Source of the DNA: Promethearchaeota archaeon
Lineage (GTDB): Archaea > Asgardarchaeota > Hermodarchaeia > Hermodarchaeales > Hermodarchaeaceae
Length of the DNA: 32,000 bases
Assembly: GCA_048938295.1 (NCBI GenBank)
Contig: JBHLMI010000004.1
Span: 30,001 to 62,000 of the forward strand
Direction of reading: 5' to 3'
Shown: positions 1 to 7,771 of the stretch, in pieces
Layout of the letters: every line of letters begins with the position of its first letter
Position numbering within the stretch: the stretch's first letter is position 1
Notes under the pieces: generated by a model
The model's database searches: none
What the model was told of the DNA's origin: nothing
What the model saw: only the letters and a program-made list of their open reading frames with translations
Translations under genes and position numbers: made by a program

Positions 1-1492
1 TTATTGTCCATGAGGTCTGAGTCTTCCACCAATTCTCCATCGGCTTCGTCCGAAGGTACCCCATTATCCAGAGTCCATCAATTAGGGTGATGGGTAGGAA
101 AAGAATGAAGTAGAGAGGGATAAAGAGGGCTCGCTGTGGGGAAAGGGCTTTCAGGAAGGGGAGGAAGACACGAAAGTCCAAGGCGAGAAGCAGATCTACT
201 GGCAGGACCCAAAGGTAGAGCCAAGCGATCCCAATGATCCCGAGTAGGAATCCGAGGCCGATGGTCTGAGCGGTCTTGCTGTAGCTTTTCTGTTCGCCTC
301 CGTTAAAACCTCCAAAATCGTTCCAGGTGGGAGTATCACTTTTTCGATTTAGGATGTATTTAATTCCGAAAAGCAGGAGCCCTGCAACTAGACTTCCGAT
401 GAACAGTCCCAAGATTACAGGTAAACCTAAGCTCTGTGGATAAGCAATAGGGAGATCAGTAAGAAGCATAGCGAATAGAGCCCCAAGGCCAAGGAGACCA
501 TAAAGGAGGCCCATACCTAGGTAGAGAGGTGTCCGAGCATGATATGCTGAATCAGGTTCTTGTTGGATTTTGCGAAAAACAGGGAACCCGATTATGATTG
601 TGAACAGAGTAAAGACTGAAAGAATCGCTCCAAGACATGCTAAGAACCCACCAGCAACCCAAATGGGATAAAGAAGATTTTGGCTCGGAATCCAAAAGGC
701 ATCCGGAGCTCCTTTGAGGCTTGCCATGAGCCACTCAATTGTCGAGCTAATACAGGCGGTATCAAGGGTTTCGAACAGATGATTGGTTGGAGGGAGAATA
801 ATACCACGAGCGGTCCCTGTAACAAAATCACCATAGAGCTGTCCAGGAACCACAGGTCCTGTTGTGTTGAAGGGACCTGTCAGGGTGTTTAGAAGTTCTG
901 GCACATCAAAAAGCTCATCATATAGACCTACCACAAAGAACAGATTGCGGGGATAGGTGGCGTTTGCCCACGTCGCCATGCTGCCACTGCTACCACCCAC
1001 AAGAACAAGGCTATCCACTTGAATGGAAGACTCGTTGATAGTTTGGATTGCTATTCCTGCACCCATGGAATGGCCTATCACCCCCAGAGTGCTCACATAG
1101 GAGAGGTCGTTCAAGTATTCCAGGGCAGTCAGACCTCCGCGATCAGCATTTGGGTCTGTACTAGACCCGGAATTACCATGTCCTACGGCATCGATAGTGA
1201 GGACCACGAATCCTCGCCGGGCTAGTTCGATGCCAAAGGCCATGACCCATTCTTTGGATTGAATGACTCCGTGAATAACGACAACACCGGGGAGGGGTGT
1301 GGCCCCAGTGGCGGCAAGGGGACGTTGAAGGATGCCAGAAATAGGGACCCCGTCCGAGGTGGCTAGCGTGATTTCAGTGGCTTGAACGGTTCCGAAGTTA
1401 TTTTGGGCAACCCAAGCCATGCTGATACCACTCACCATCATGATAATGCTGATAAGAAATACAAGGTAGCGAGGCCGTAAACGTCCCATCAT
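1..1492 (-). CDS. Secreted/membrane-anchored alpha/beta hydrolase with C-terminal multi-TM region (3' end runs off the window)
   Basis: Missing from the ORF track because no stop lies in the window. Hand translation from ATG 1492 gives MMGRLRPRYLVFLISIIMMVSGISMAW (signal/anchor), VVVIHG (oxyanion region), ELARRGFVVLTIDAVGHGNS, nucleophile elbow GHSMG (1061-1075), candidate catalytic Asp (GLYDELF) and His (TNHLFE), then several hydrophobic helices. The frame stays open to position 2. Confidence 0.85.
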   Translation of the reverse strand, partial: MMGRLRPRYLVFLISIIMMVSGISMAWVAQNNFGTVQATEITLATSDGVPISGILQRPLAATGATPLPGVVVIHGVIQSKEWVMAFGIELARRGFVVLTIDAVGHGNSGSSTDPNADRGGLTALEYLNDLSYVSTLGVIGHSMGAGIAIQTINESSIQVDSLVLVGGSSGSMATWANATYPRNLFFVVGLYDELFDVPELLNTLTGPFNTTGPVVPGQLYGDFVTGTARGIILPPTNHLFETLDTACISSTIEWLMASLKGAPDAFWIPSQNLLYPIWVAGGFLACLGAILSVFTLFTIIIGFPVFRKIQQEPDSAYHARTPLYLGMGLLYGLLGLGALFAMLLTDLPIAYPQSLGLPVILGLFIGSLVAGLLLFGIKYILNRKSDTPTWNDFGGFNGGEQKSYSKTAQTIGLGFLLGIIGIAWLYLWVLPVDLLLALDFRVFLPFLKALSPQRALFIPLYFILFLPITLIDGLWIMGYLRTKPMENWWKTQTSWTI

Positions 1493-1608
1493 ACTCAACC
1501 CAAATTTAAGTGAAACCATGTTTTGTTTAGATTCATCTCTTATTGTTTATGGAGAGGTAAAATCTGCCTCAGAAATGCTACTGACTTAAATAGTGAAACG
1601 GAATCGCC

Positions 1609-1629
1609 TCATGAGCTGATAACTCATGA
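1609..1629. promoter_or_regulatory. Perfect 7-bp inverted repeat TCATGAG-N7-CTCATGA overlapping the arsC start codon; candidate operator or start-occluding hairpin
   Basis: Seen directly. It lies downstream of TATA-like TTAAATA (~1585) and includes the ATG at 1626. Confidence 0.4.
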
Positions 1630-2036
1630 AATATGTGCTATTTGTTTGTATACAAAATGCGGGACGCAGCCAGATGGGCGATGCATTTGCGAAAAAACAC
1701 GGTGAAGGGAAAATCACTTCGGCCTCAGGTGGAACACACCCAGCAGATCATGTGCATCCTGGGGTTGTCAAGGTAATGGAGGAAAAGGGCATCGACATCT
1801 CTGAAAACGTCCCCCGGCGAATAACCGTCGCTGAGCTGCACGAAGCCGACACCGTCGTTGTCATGGGTTGTGGTGCAGAAAGTTTCTGTCCAGCCCCCCT
1901 GTTAGACCGAGTCATCGATTGGGAATTAGACGACCCCGCAGACCAACCTATCGAAAAGGTGCGAGAGATTCGTGATGAGATTGAACGCCGTGTCCTTGAA
2001 CTCATCGAGACCCTTAGTACAATAGAAGAGGGGTAA
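1626..2036 (+). CDS. arsC: Arsenate reductase, LMW-PTPase fold (thioredoxin-coupled type)
   Basis: P-loop CX5R motif LFVCIQNAGRSQM, SASGGT, HPGVVKVMEEKGIDIS, resolving-Cys segment MGCGAESFCP, and WELDDP. Confidence 0.85.
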   Translation: MKYVLFVCIQNAGRSQMGDAFAKKHGEGKITSASGGTHPADHVHPGVVKVMEEKGIDISENVPRRITVAELHEADTVVVMGCGAESFCPAPLLDRVIDWELDDPADQPIEKVREIRDEIERRVLELIETLSTIEEG

Positions 2037-2112
2037 TGATTCTTTGATAACTTTCGGTCTTCTTACCGATGAATCGATTGAAGTGGACTGTCAACAGTAC
2101 GAAAATCAGAGG

Positions 2113-2144
2113 TTTTTATATTAGTGTGAATTGTCTTAACACTA
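2113..2144 (+). promoter_or_regulatory. TATA box (TTTTTATA, 2113-2120) followed by near-perfect palindrome TAGTGTgAA-N5-TTaACACTA (2122-2144); candidate repressor site
   Basis: Seen directly. 8 of 9 positions are palindromic, located between the TATA box and the hemerythrin ATG (2155). Confidence 0.55.
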
Positions 2145-2154
2145 CCCTAAAGAT

Positions 2155-2715
2155 ATGGAGTTCGAAAATATGCAACCGATAGAACACCTAGCCCAAGAGC
2201 ATCGACTGATTGCGAAGGCAATACCAATCACAAAGTCCTTCCGAGATGAAATTAGAGAGGGGGGCCCAATACGCCCTCGCCGGTATTGGTGGCTCATCGA
2301 CTTTTGGAGTACTTACGCTGACATTGTCCACCATGGAAAGGAAGAACAATGGCTGTTTCCTGTCATCATTGAACAAGGTGGCACCTCAGAGTTTGGAGAG
2401 ATCATCGACAAACTCGTTGAAGAGCATATGTATCTTTTAGCCTACATCGCAGAACTCCGACGCTTTGCTCGTCCAATGTTCACTGGCGACCGTCCTGCTC
2501 GTGAAAGGGTCATCGACTGTCTCGATAAATACATCGACCTCATCGAACCCCATATTAAGCTGGAAGACAACGAATTGTTTCCTGCTGCTAATCAACTATT
2601 ATCTAAGGAAGAAATGGATGAATTAGCCAAAGAGTTTAAGGCAATGGATACACGAACGGGGACACAAGTTCAATCGTATTATAGTTCTCTCCTGAACAAG
2701 CTCATGGAGAAGTGA
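2155..2715 (+). CDS. Hemerythrin (HHE cation-binding) domain protein
   Basis: Ligand pattern EHRLI ... HHGKEEQWLFP ... EEH ... HIKLEDNELFP, typical of hemerythrin-like domains. Confidence 0.9.
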   Translation: MEFENMQPIEHLAQEHRLIAKAIPITKSFRDEIREGGPIRPRRYWWLIDFWSTYADIVHHGKEEQWLFPVIIEQGGTSEFGEIIDKLVEEHMYLLAYIAELRRFARPMFTGDRPARERVIDCLDKYIDLIEPHIKLEDNELFPAANQLLSKEEMDELAKEFKAMDTRTGTQVQSYYSSLLNKLMEK

Positions 2716-2722
2716 AAGAAAC

Positions 2723-3148
2723 GTGACAAATGAACGGCTAATCAAATTACTTGAAACCCAACTCACTTTGGAAAATGAATCAGCACGCGCACTGCGGAAA
2801 GAAATGGAAGACATCGATCATCCTGGCATCAAGATCTTGTTTGAAATCTGCGCCGCAGATTCAACGAAACATGCAAGCATAGTTCAGATGCTACTTGAGA
2901 CATTAAGAAAGGAGAAACTTGCACACGAGGAAGCTGAGGAAAAAACCTATGTAAGCACCTGGAAGCAACGAAACCAGGGAATTGAAGCCATCAAGGGCCA
3001 CATCGAACGCGAAATGAAGATGATTGAACTCCTTAAAGACCAGATCCTCGCAACGGAGGATAAGACACTCAAGATCATCCTCAAATTCATCGTTGAGGAC
3101 GAAAAGCGGCATCATAAGATTCTCAAAGACGAGATTTGGAAAGTCTAA
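2723..3148 (+). CDS. Ferritin-like (rubrerythrin/erythrin-type) four-helix diiron protein, no rubredoxin domain
   Basis: Repeated half-motifs LENESA / DSTKHA / HIEREMKM / EDEKRHH. No CxxC pairs. GTG start 7 nt after the hemerythrin stop. Confidence 0.8.
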   Translation: MTNERLIKLLETQLTLENESARALRKEMEDIDHPGIKILFEICAADSTKHASIVQMLLETLRKEKLAHEEAEEKTYVSTWKQRNQGIEAIKGHIEREMKMIELLKDQILATEDKTLKIILKFIVEDEKRHHKILKDEIWKV

Positions 3149-3175
3149 AGGGTTACAATGCGAAGAGGAGAAGTC

Positions 3176-3191
3176 TTTTTAATATGTGAAT
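3176..3191 (+). promoter_or_regulatory. TATA-like TTTTTAATA followed by TGTGAAT, upstream of the second ferritin-like gene
   Basis: Seen directly and preceded by purine-rich GAGAAG. It supports a start at ATG 3230 rather than the ORF-track start at 3158. Confidence 0.45.
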
Positions 3192-3229
3192 CTCAGTTCA
3201 GAGTCAACGTATCTGATGGTGCGAAGATC

Positions 3230-3652
3230 ATGTCTGAAGGCCCCCATAAAGAATTACTCGATTTTATTCAACGAGCTATCAAGGTTGAAAAAGAAGCCGT
3301 GAAGCTCTACAAGGATACAGCAGCAATGATTGATAACGCGGCGGTTAAGCTCATCATTGATGAGTTGGGTATGGACTCTGGTAAACACGCAAAGATGTAT
3401 GAAACCATCGAACGAGTGCTGAAGAAACAGCCTTACTCATTCAAGGATTTCTATGAAGAAAAATGGACTGACAAGTTGGTGGCAAAACGTGACCTACAGA
3501 AGCACATCAAGGTCGAAGAACACATGATTGAGCTCGTGCAAGAGCAAATCAAAATTGTCAAGCAACCAACGATCAAGGCAATCCTAGAACATATCCTCGC
3601 AGACGAAAAACGTCATCACAGCTACCTCATGCAAGTGATTAAAGGGCTTTAA
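3230..3652 (+). CDS. Second ferritin-like diiron protein (paralog of 2723..3148)
   Basis: VEKEAVKLY / DSGKHA / HIKVEEHM / ADEKRHH has the same motif spacing as the upstream paralog. The ORF track starts at 3158; ATG 3230 (MSEGPH) matches the paralog length. Confidence 0.8.
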   Translation: MSEGPHKELLDFIQRAIKVEKEAVKLYKDTAAMIDNAAVKLIIDELGMDSGKHAKMYETIERVLKKQPYSFKDFYEEKWTDKLVAKRDLQKHIKVEEHMIELVQEQIKIVKQPTIKAILEHILADEKRHHSYLMQVIKGL

Positions 3653-3744
3653 TACGACCGGCAACTGATGCACACAAATTTGAGCCCACATTGGATTCAT
3701 TTTGCAATTCACTTATTTAGGAGATTAAGCTGACAGCTGGTCTC

Positions 3745-4695
3745 ATGGATATTCATATTCACTCCTGGGATGATGTCAATTCAGACAAGATTGCTGAGTT
3801 TTCAAATCAGGCGAGACAGCGAGATAGCCTTATTATTGAACCCCCTACGATCGACTCGTTTTGTAACGCAATCGAATGGTGGAAGAACCGCACGCGAAGC
3901 GTTCCGATTATTGCATATTCAAACGACCAGATTGTGGGTTGGTTAGTATTCTTTTCCATTACTTCAACAACGGCTACCATCGGTCGGTGGCATCCAGTCG
4001 CTGATCCAGGACAAAGACAAACTGAGATTAGTGAACAACTTCTCCAAACGGCAATCGCGTATGCAAAAGAACAGAACTTTGAGCGTTTTGAAGCAGAAAT
4101 CACTGGAATCACACCACAAAACGAAGCAGTGTATGAAGTATACAAGAAATGGTATGAAGCTCAAGGAATGCACCTGGCAACAGAGGAACTTCGTCTGGAA
4201 CTTGACCTGACACAGCAGGCAAGCACTGAACTCAATTTTCCTCCGCAGTTCCAACTTCGTCCCTTGGCAGACTATTCTAACGAAGACCTTGAAGGGCCAT
4301 TCTGTGAGATGTTTGATGACAGCAAAGACCGGTTTTGGCTCGATCAAACGATGAAACAGCGAAGGGAAATCTTTCAATATTGGTTTGACCGCGAACGTCC
4401 CTTTATTGAGGAATCGACAGCCGTCTTAGTCAAAGACAAGGAGATTGTGGGATTTACGATTGTTCGCCTTATTCAGGACGCGGGAATGTTGGGACCCATT
4501 GCGGTAAGTTCCCGTTATCGCCGACAAGGCTTGGGTCGAGCCCTTATGGCTTTCAGCCTTCGGGGTGCCCTACAATGCGGATTGACTAAGATGCAGCTTG
4601 AATTCGATATCATCAACGAACCTGCATATCAGCTCTATACAAAGCTAGGGTTTTCGCCTGTGCATCGTCTAGTGCTGTTTGCCCTCAGGTTGTAG
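3745..4695 (+). CDS. Tandem GNAT-family N-acetyltransferase
   Basis: C-terminal domain has acetyl-CoA motif A (IAVSSRYRRQGLGRALM) and NEPAYQLYTKLGF. N-terminal domain is a more divergent GNAT (QLLQTAIAYAKE ... WYEAQGM). Confidence 0.85.
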   Translation: MDIHIHSWDDVNSDKIAEFSNQARQRDSLIIEPPTIDSFCNAIEWWKNRTRSVPIIAYSNDQIVGWLVFFSITSTTATIGRWHPVADPGQRQTEISEQLLQTAIAYAKEQNFERFEAEITGITPQNEAVYEVYKKWYEAQGMHLATEELRLELDLTQQASTELNFPPQFQLRPLADYSNEDLEGPFCEMFDDSKDRFWLDQTMKQRREIFQYWFDRERPFIEESTAVLVKDKEIVGFTIVRLIQDAGMLGPIAVSSRYRRQGLGRALMAFSLRGALQCGLTKMQLEFDIINEPAYQLYTKLGFSPVHRLVLFALRL

Positions 4696-4791
4696 TGTTG
4701 TGAGTTGCGAAAAATTTCACCCATCTTCCGTTTAAACTCGAATTTACGTAGGAACAGTTAATTTTAAATGGGGTAAGCGCATAGTAACGGA

Positions 4792-5946
4792 GTGGAGACA
4801 TCGACTTTGCCAGCACCGTCGACCTGGTCACCAAACCGTTTCATTCCTTCCAACCGTCCCATTTTGGGTGCAGAAGAGATAGCAGCGGTGACAGATGTAC
4901 TGCAATCAGGCATGCTGACGCACAAATCAGGAGCTGGGACTTACACCCTTCGATTTGAAGAAGCATTTGCCAAGTTTGTAGGTTCAAAACACGCGATTGC
5001 AGTAAACACTGGAACCGCTGCTCTTCATGCAGCCTTACTAGCTTTTGATGTGAAGCCAGGCGACGAGGTCATCGCTCCACCATTCAGCTTCATCGCCACG
5101 ACCAACATGGTGCTGTTGACGGGAGCAAAGGCAGTATTTGCCGACATCTCGATGGACACCTTCACCTTAGATCCCGAAAAAGTAGAAGCCGCCATAACAC
5201 CCCGCACAAAGGCCATCATCCCCGTTCATTTGTATGGACACCCAGCCGATATGGATCCCCTTATCGAGCTGGCTACAAAGCATGATATCAGAATCATCGA
5301 AGATGCTTGTCAAGCCCATGGATCTAAATATCGTGGACAGGATGTGGGCACCATCGGAGACGTGGGATGCTATAGTCTCTATCCTAGTAAAGTCATCACA
5401 ACCGGTGAAGGTGGATTACTCACCACCAACGATGAGGATCTGGCCGAACGGTTACGCCAAATCCGTACGCATGGCGAAATCAAGCCCTACGAGTACGTGC
5501 AGCTTGGACATAATTATCGGATGCCTGAGATCCAGTCTGCCATTGGTCTAGCCCAAGTAAACCGCCTCTCCGAGTTCCTCAATGCCCGGAAGGCGAACGC
5601 TGAATATTTAACGAAAAATCTTCGTGATATTGAGGGAATAATATTACCTACTGAGGCTTCATGGGCAACGCATAACTGGTACTTATACACGATTCGGATT
5701 CTTTCTCCTCGAAAACGAGATGTTGTTCAGAAAGCCCTACACGAAGCACAGATAGGTGCAGCAGTATATTACGAAGTCCCTCTTCATCTTACTCCAATTT
5801 ATCGTAAACTCTTTCAGTACAAAGAAGGATTAATGCCCGTTTCTGAACAAGCAGCCAAAGAGGTATTATCGCTTCCAGTACACCCCGCCCTCACTGAAGA
5901 AGAGCTAGAGTATATCGTGCAGCAGAGTTGCCAAGTCCTCGCGTAG
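4792..5946 (+). CDS. DegT/DnrJ/EryC1/StrS family PLP-dependent sugar aminotransferase
   Basis: AVNTGTAALH, GDEVI, AIIPVHLYGHP, IEDACQAHG, PLP-lysine motif SLYPSKVITTGEGG, GHNYRM and LSLPVHP. Confidence 0.95.
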   Translation: METSTLPAPSTWSPNRFIPSNRPILGAEEIAAVTDVLQSGMLTHKSGAGTYTLRFEEAFAKFVGSKHAIAVNTGTAALHAALLAFDVKPGDEVIAPPFSFIATTNMVLLTGAKAVFADISMDTFTLDPEKVEAAITPRTKAIIPVHLYGHPADMDPLIELATKHDIRIIEDACQAHGSKYRGQDVGTIGDVGCYSLYPSKVITTGEGGLLTTNDEDLAERLRQIRTHGEIKPYEYVQLGHNYRMPEIQSAIGLAQVNRLSEFLNARKANAEYLTKNLRDIEGIILPTEASWATHNWYLYTIRILSPRKRDVVQKALHEAQIGAAVYYEVPLHLTPIYRKLFQYKEGLMPVSEQAAKEVLSLPVHPALTEEELEYIVQQSCQVLA

Positions 5947-6019
5947 CTGGATTGAGCTGTTGATAGCCAGGCGCAGCAGATCCGGTTACGTGAGGATTTG
6001 GTATTAATATCAATAATGG

Positions 6020-6589
6020 TTAGTGATCGATAAGTTCCTGAAGTAAATCTCCAATCTCTTGAGCGAGCGGATGATTGGGCTCTTTCTCCAGCAGTTGTTG
6101 AGCCCTTTCAAGGGTGTTAATCGCATCAAAGGTGAATCCAGTTTCGCGGCGATGAATGGTTGCATTTTTATAGAGTAGTTCGATGGCAAGTGAAAGTTCG
6201 TTGAGTGCAATTGACAAATCAATGGCTTTTTCAACGGCTTGGGTGATTGCTATCCAAAGGTCTTGATTCTTTTCACGAACGGCGAAGAAGGAGTTAGCTG
6301 CTGCAAGATATGAGTCACGAGCTTCGCTTTTCCGTCCTTGTTGGGCTTCAAGGTCAGCAACCCTAAGGAAGCTATGACCTGCTTCATATGGCGCTTCTGC
6401 AGCCGTGAAGCCTGCTGCCGCATGTGCCCATAATTGTTCGAGCTGACTAATTTTCTCAGCTGCCTCTAGTTTCCCTGATGCCTCCTCGAATTCTAGAAAG
6501 GCACGTGAGCGTTGACCCTCACGGATGAAATCTTCAGCATTCTCAAGATGTTCTTCAATTGCTCGACGGAGTTGTTCTTCATCGCTCAT
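6020..6589 (-). CDS. All-helical TPR/alpha-SNAP-like protein
   Basis: Ala-rich helical repeats (WAHAAAGF..A...EAGHSF.RVA.L..Q...K.EA..SY..AANSF) resembling the N-terminal helices of alpha-SNAP; compared from memory. Confidence 0.6.
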   Translation of the reverse strand: MSDEEQLRRAIEEHLENAEDFIREGQRSRAFLEFEEASGKLEAAEKISQLEQLWAHAAAGFTAAEAPYEAGHSFLRVADLEAQQGRKSEARDSYLAAANSFFAVREKNQDLWIAITQAVEKAIDLSIALNELSLAIELLYKNATIHRRETGFTFDAINTLERAQQLLEKEPNHPLAQEIGDLLQELIDH

Positions 6590-6781
6590 TATAATCCCCC
6601 GTTGTACTGGAAATTAAAGGTAGGTTCTACAAATAGGTATGCTGATAGGTAGAAACCTGAAATAAAAGAAACACGGAGTCCTGAATAACAGAACACAAAG
6701 GAAAAAAGAAGAAGCCCGTACAGTCAGTAAAGGAATTTAAAAAGCACCTACTAAAGCGATGTATGAGGATTTTGTGTTAAC

Positions 6782-7711
6782 ATGTCTCGACAAGCACTGA
6801 GTATAGCCATCATTCTCTTCATAATGGTCGGTGGATGGAATTCCTATGCGTTACAGGCATTTCAGGTGATAGCCTATGTTCCAAGTGAGGGCCATTTTAC
6901 GACCTATGATTATGGCTTCATTAACGTTCTTTATAACCAATCCGCGGTCCAGATAAATCAGTGGACTGAGCTCGTTCTTGATCCTGGAAATTATACCATG
7001 CATTGGCATCAGCATGTGAATTTGTCGATTCTGGTTATGCAATTAATTCCGAATGGTGCCGTTTTCCAGGCCTATTACAATTTCTCGGTTATAGTCTTCA
7101 GCAATGTCGTCACTGTGTCGAATAGTAGTTCCTGGCAAACCATAGTCTCTTTAAATGGATCTGTTCCGGCTCCAGCTCCAACCGGAGTGAGTTCCGGTCT
7201 TGTTGACTACCCCATGACACAGGGGCTTCCAGGATTCTTCCTTGACGACACTACCTTGAGCACAATTACTCCTGGGTTAAATGTAATCGTTGGGGGAAGC
7301 TCTTGGCAGTCCATCACTCACACAGCATTTACACTGGGAGATGACGAACAATTGTGTTATCGTTTCTTCAACCAAAGTTCTAGTCAAGATCAAGACACTG
7401 AGACCACATACGTCATTGACCACGATGTGGGTATCTACTACCAAGCAAATGAAACCCGGATTACTACCGTCGGCTCCTCAATCGTCTATCTATCATATTA
7501 TTATCAAGTACTTACCACAAATATCTCGTTAATCCCTCCGCCAAGTCCCTTACCTATTTACATTGCGGCTGCAATTGCGACCATTGTGCTGGTTATTGTT
7601 GTGACCTTAATAGTTCGTGCGTTATGGTTACGCCGCAAACTTCGCGGCTCCTTAACAACGGCTTCAGAATCGACCTATTCTGAATTGCGTTCTATGGATA
7701 TATCTCTCTAG
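6782..7711 (+). CDS. Single-pass cell-surface glycoprotein of unknown function
   Basis: N-terminal signal peptide (LSIAIILFIMVGG), beta-rich ectodomain with many N-x-S/T sequons, Pro linker PPPSP, C-terminal TM (IYIAAAIATIVLVIVVTLIV) and basic stop-transfer RALWLRRKLR. Confidence 0.75.
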   Translation: MSRQALSIAIILFIMVGGWNSYALQAFQVIAYVPSEGHFTTYDYGFINVLYNQSAVQINQWTELVLDPGNYTMHWHQHVNLSILVMQLIPNGAVFQAYYNFSVIVFSNVVTVSNSSSWQTIVSLNGSVPAPAPTGVSSGLVDYPMTQGLPGFFLDDTTLSTITPGLNVIVGGSSWQSITHTAFTLGDDEQLCYRFFNQSSSQDQDTETTYVIDHDVGIYYQANETRITTVGSSIVYLSYYYQVLTTNISLIPPPSPLPIYIAAAIATIVLVIVVTLIVRALWLRRKLRGSLTTASESTYSELRSMDISL

Positions 7712-7741
7712 GTTTCGAAATTCAGTGGAAACCCATTTATA
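7711..7741 (+). promoter_or_regulatory. Palindrome GGTTTC-N11-GAAACC (7711-7733) directly upstream of TATA box TTTATA (7736-7741)
   Basis: Seen directly. The TATA box is about 30 nt before ATG 7772, consistent with a leaderless or short-leader transcript. Confidence 0.45.
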
Positions 7742-7771
7742 CGAACTTACGAACATCACAACGGGCTTGCT

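Noticed and set aside
6622-6658. Imperfect inverted repeat AGGTTCTAC / GTAGAAACCT in the divergent promoter region
   Set aside because: It needs a bulge, has an 18-nt spacer and has no second occurrence; too weak to call.
7721-7732. TTCAGTGGAAAC resembles the archaeal ORB consensus (TCCAGTGGAAAC)
   Set aside because: Single copy with a mismatch, no G-string, no flanking DUE or second ORB, no cdc6/orc1 gene in the window, and the gap is only 60 nt. Better explained as part of a promoter palindrome.
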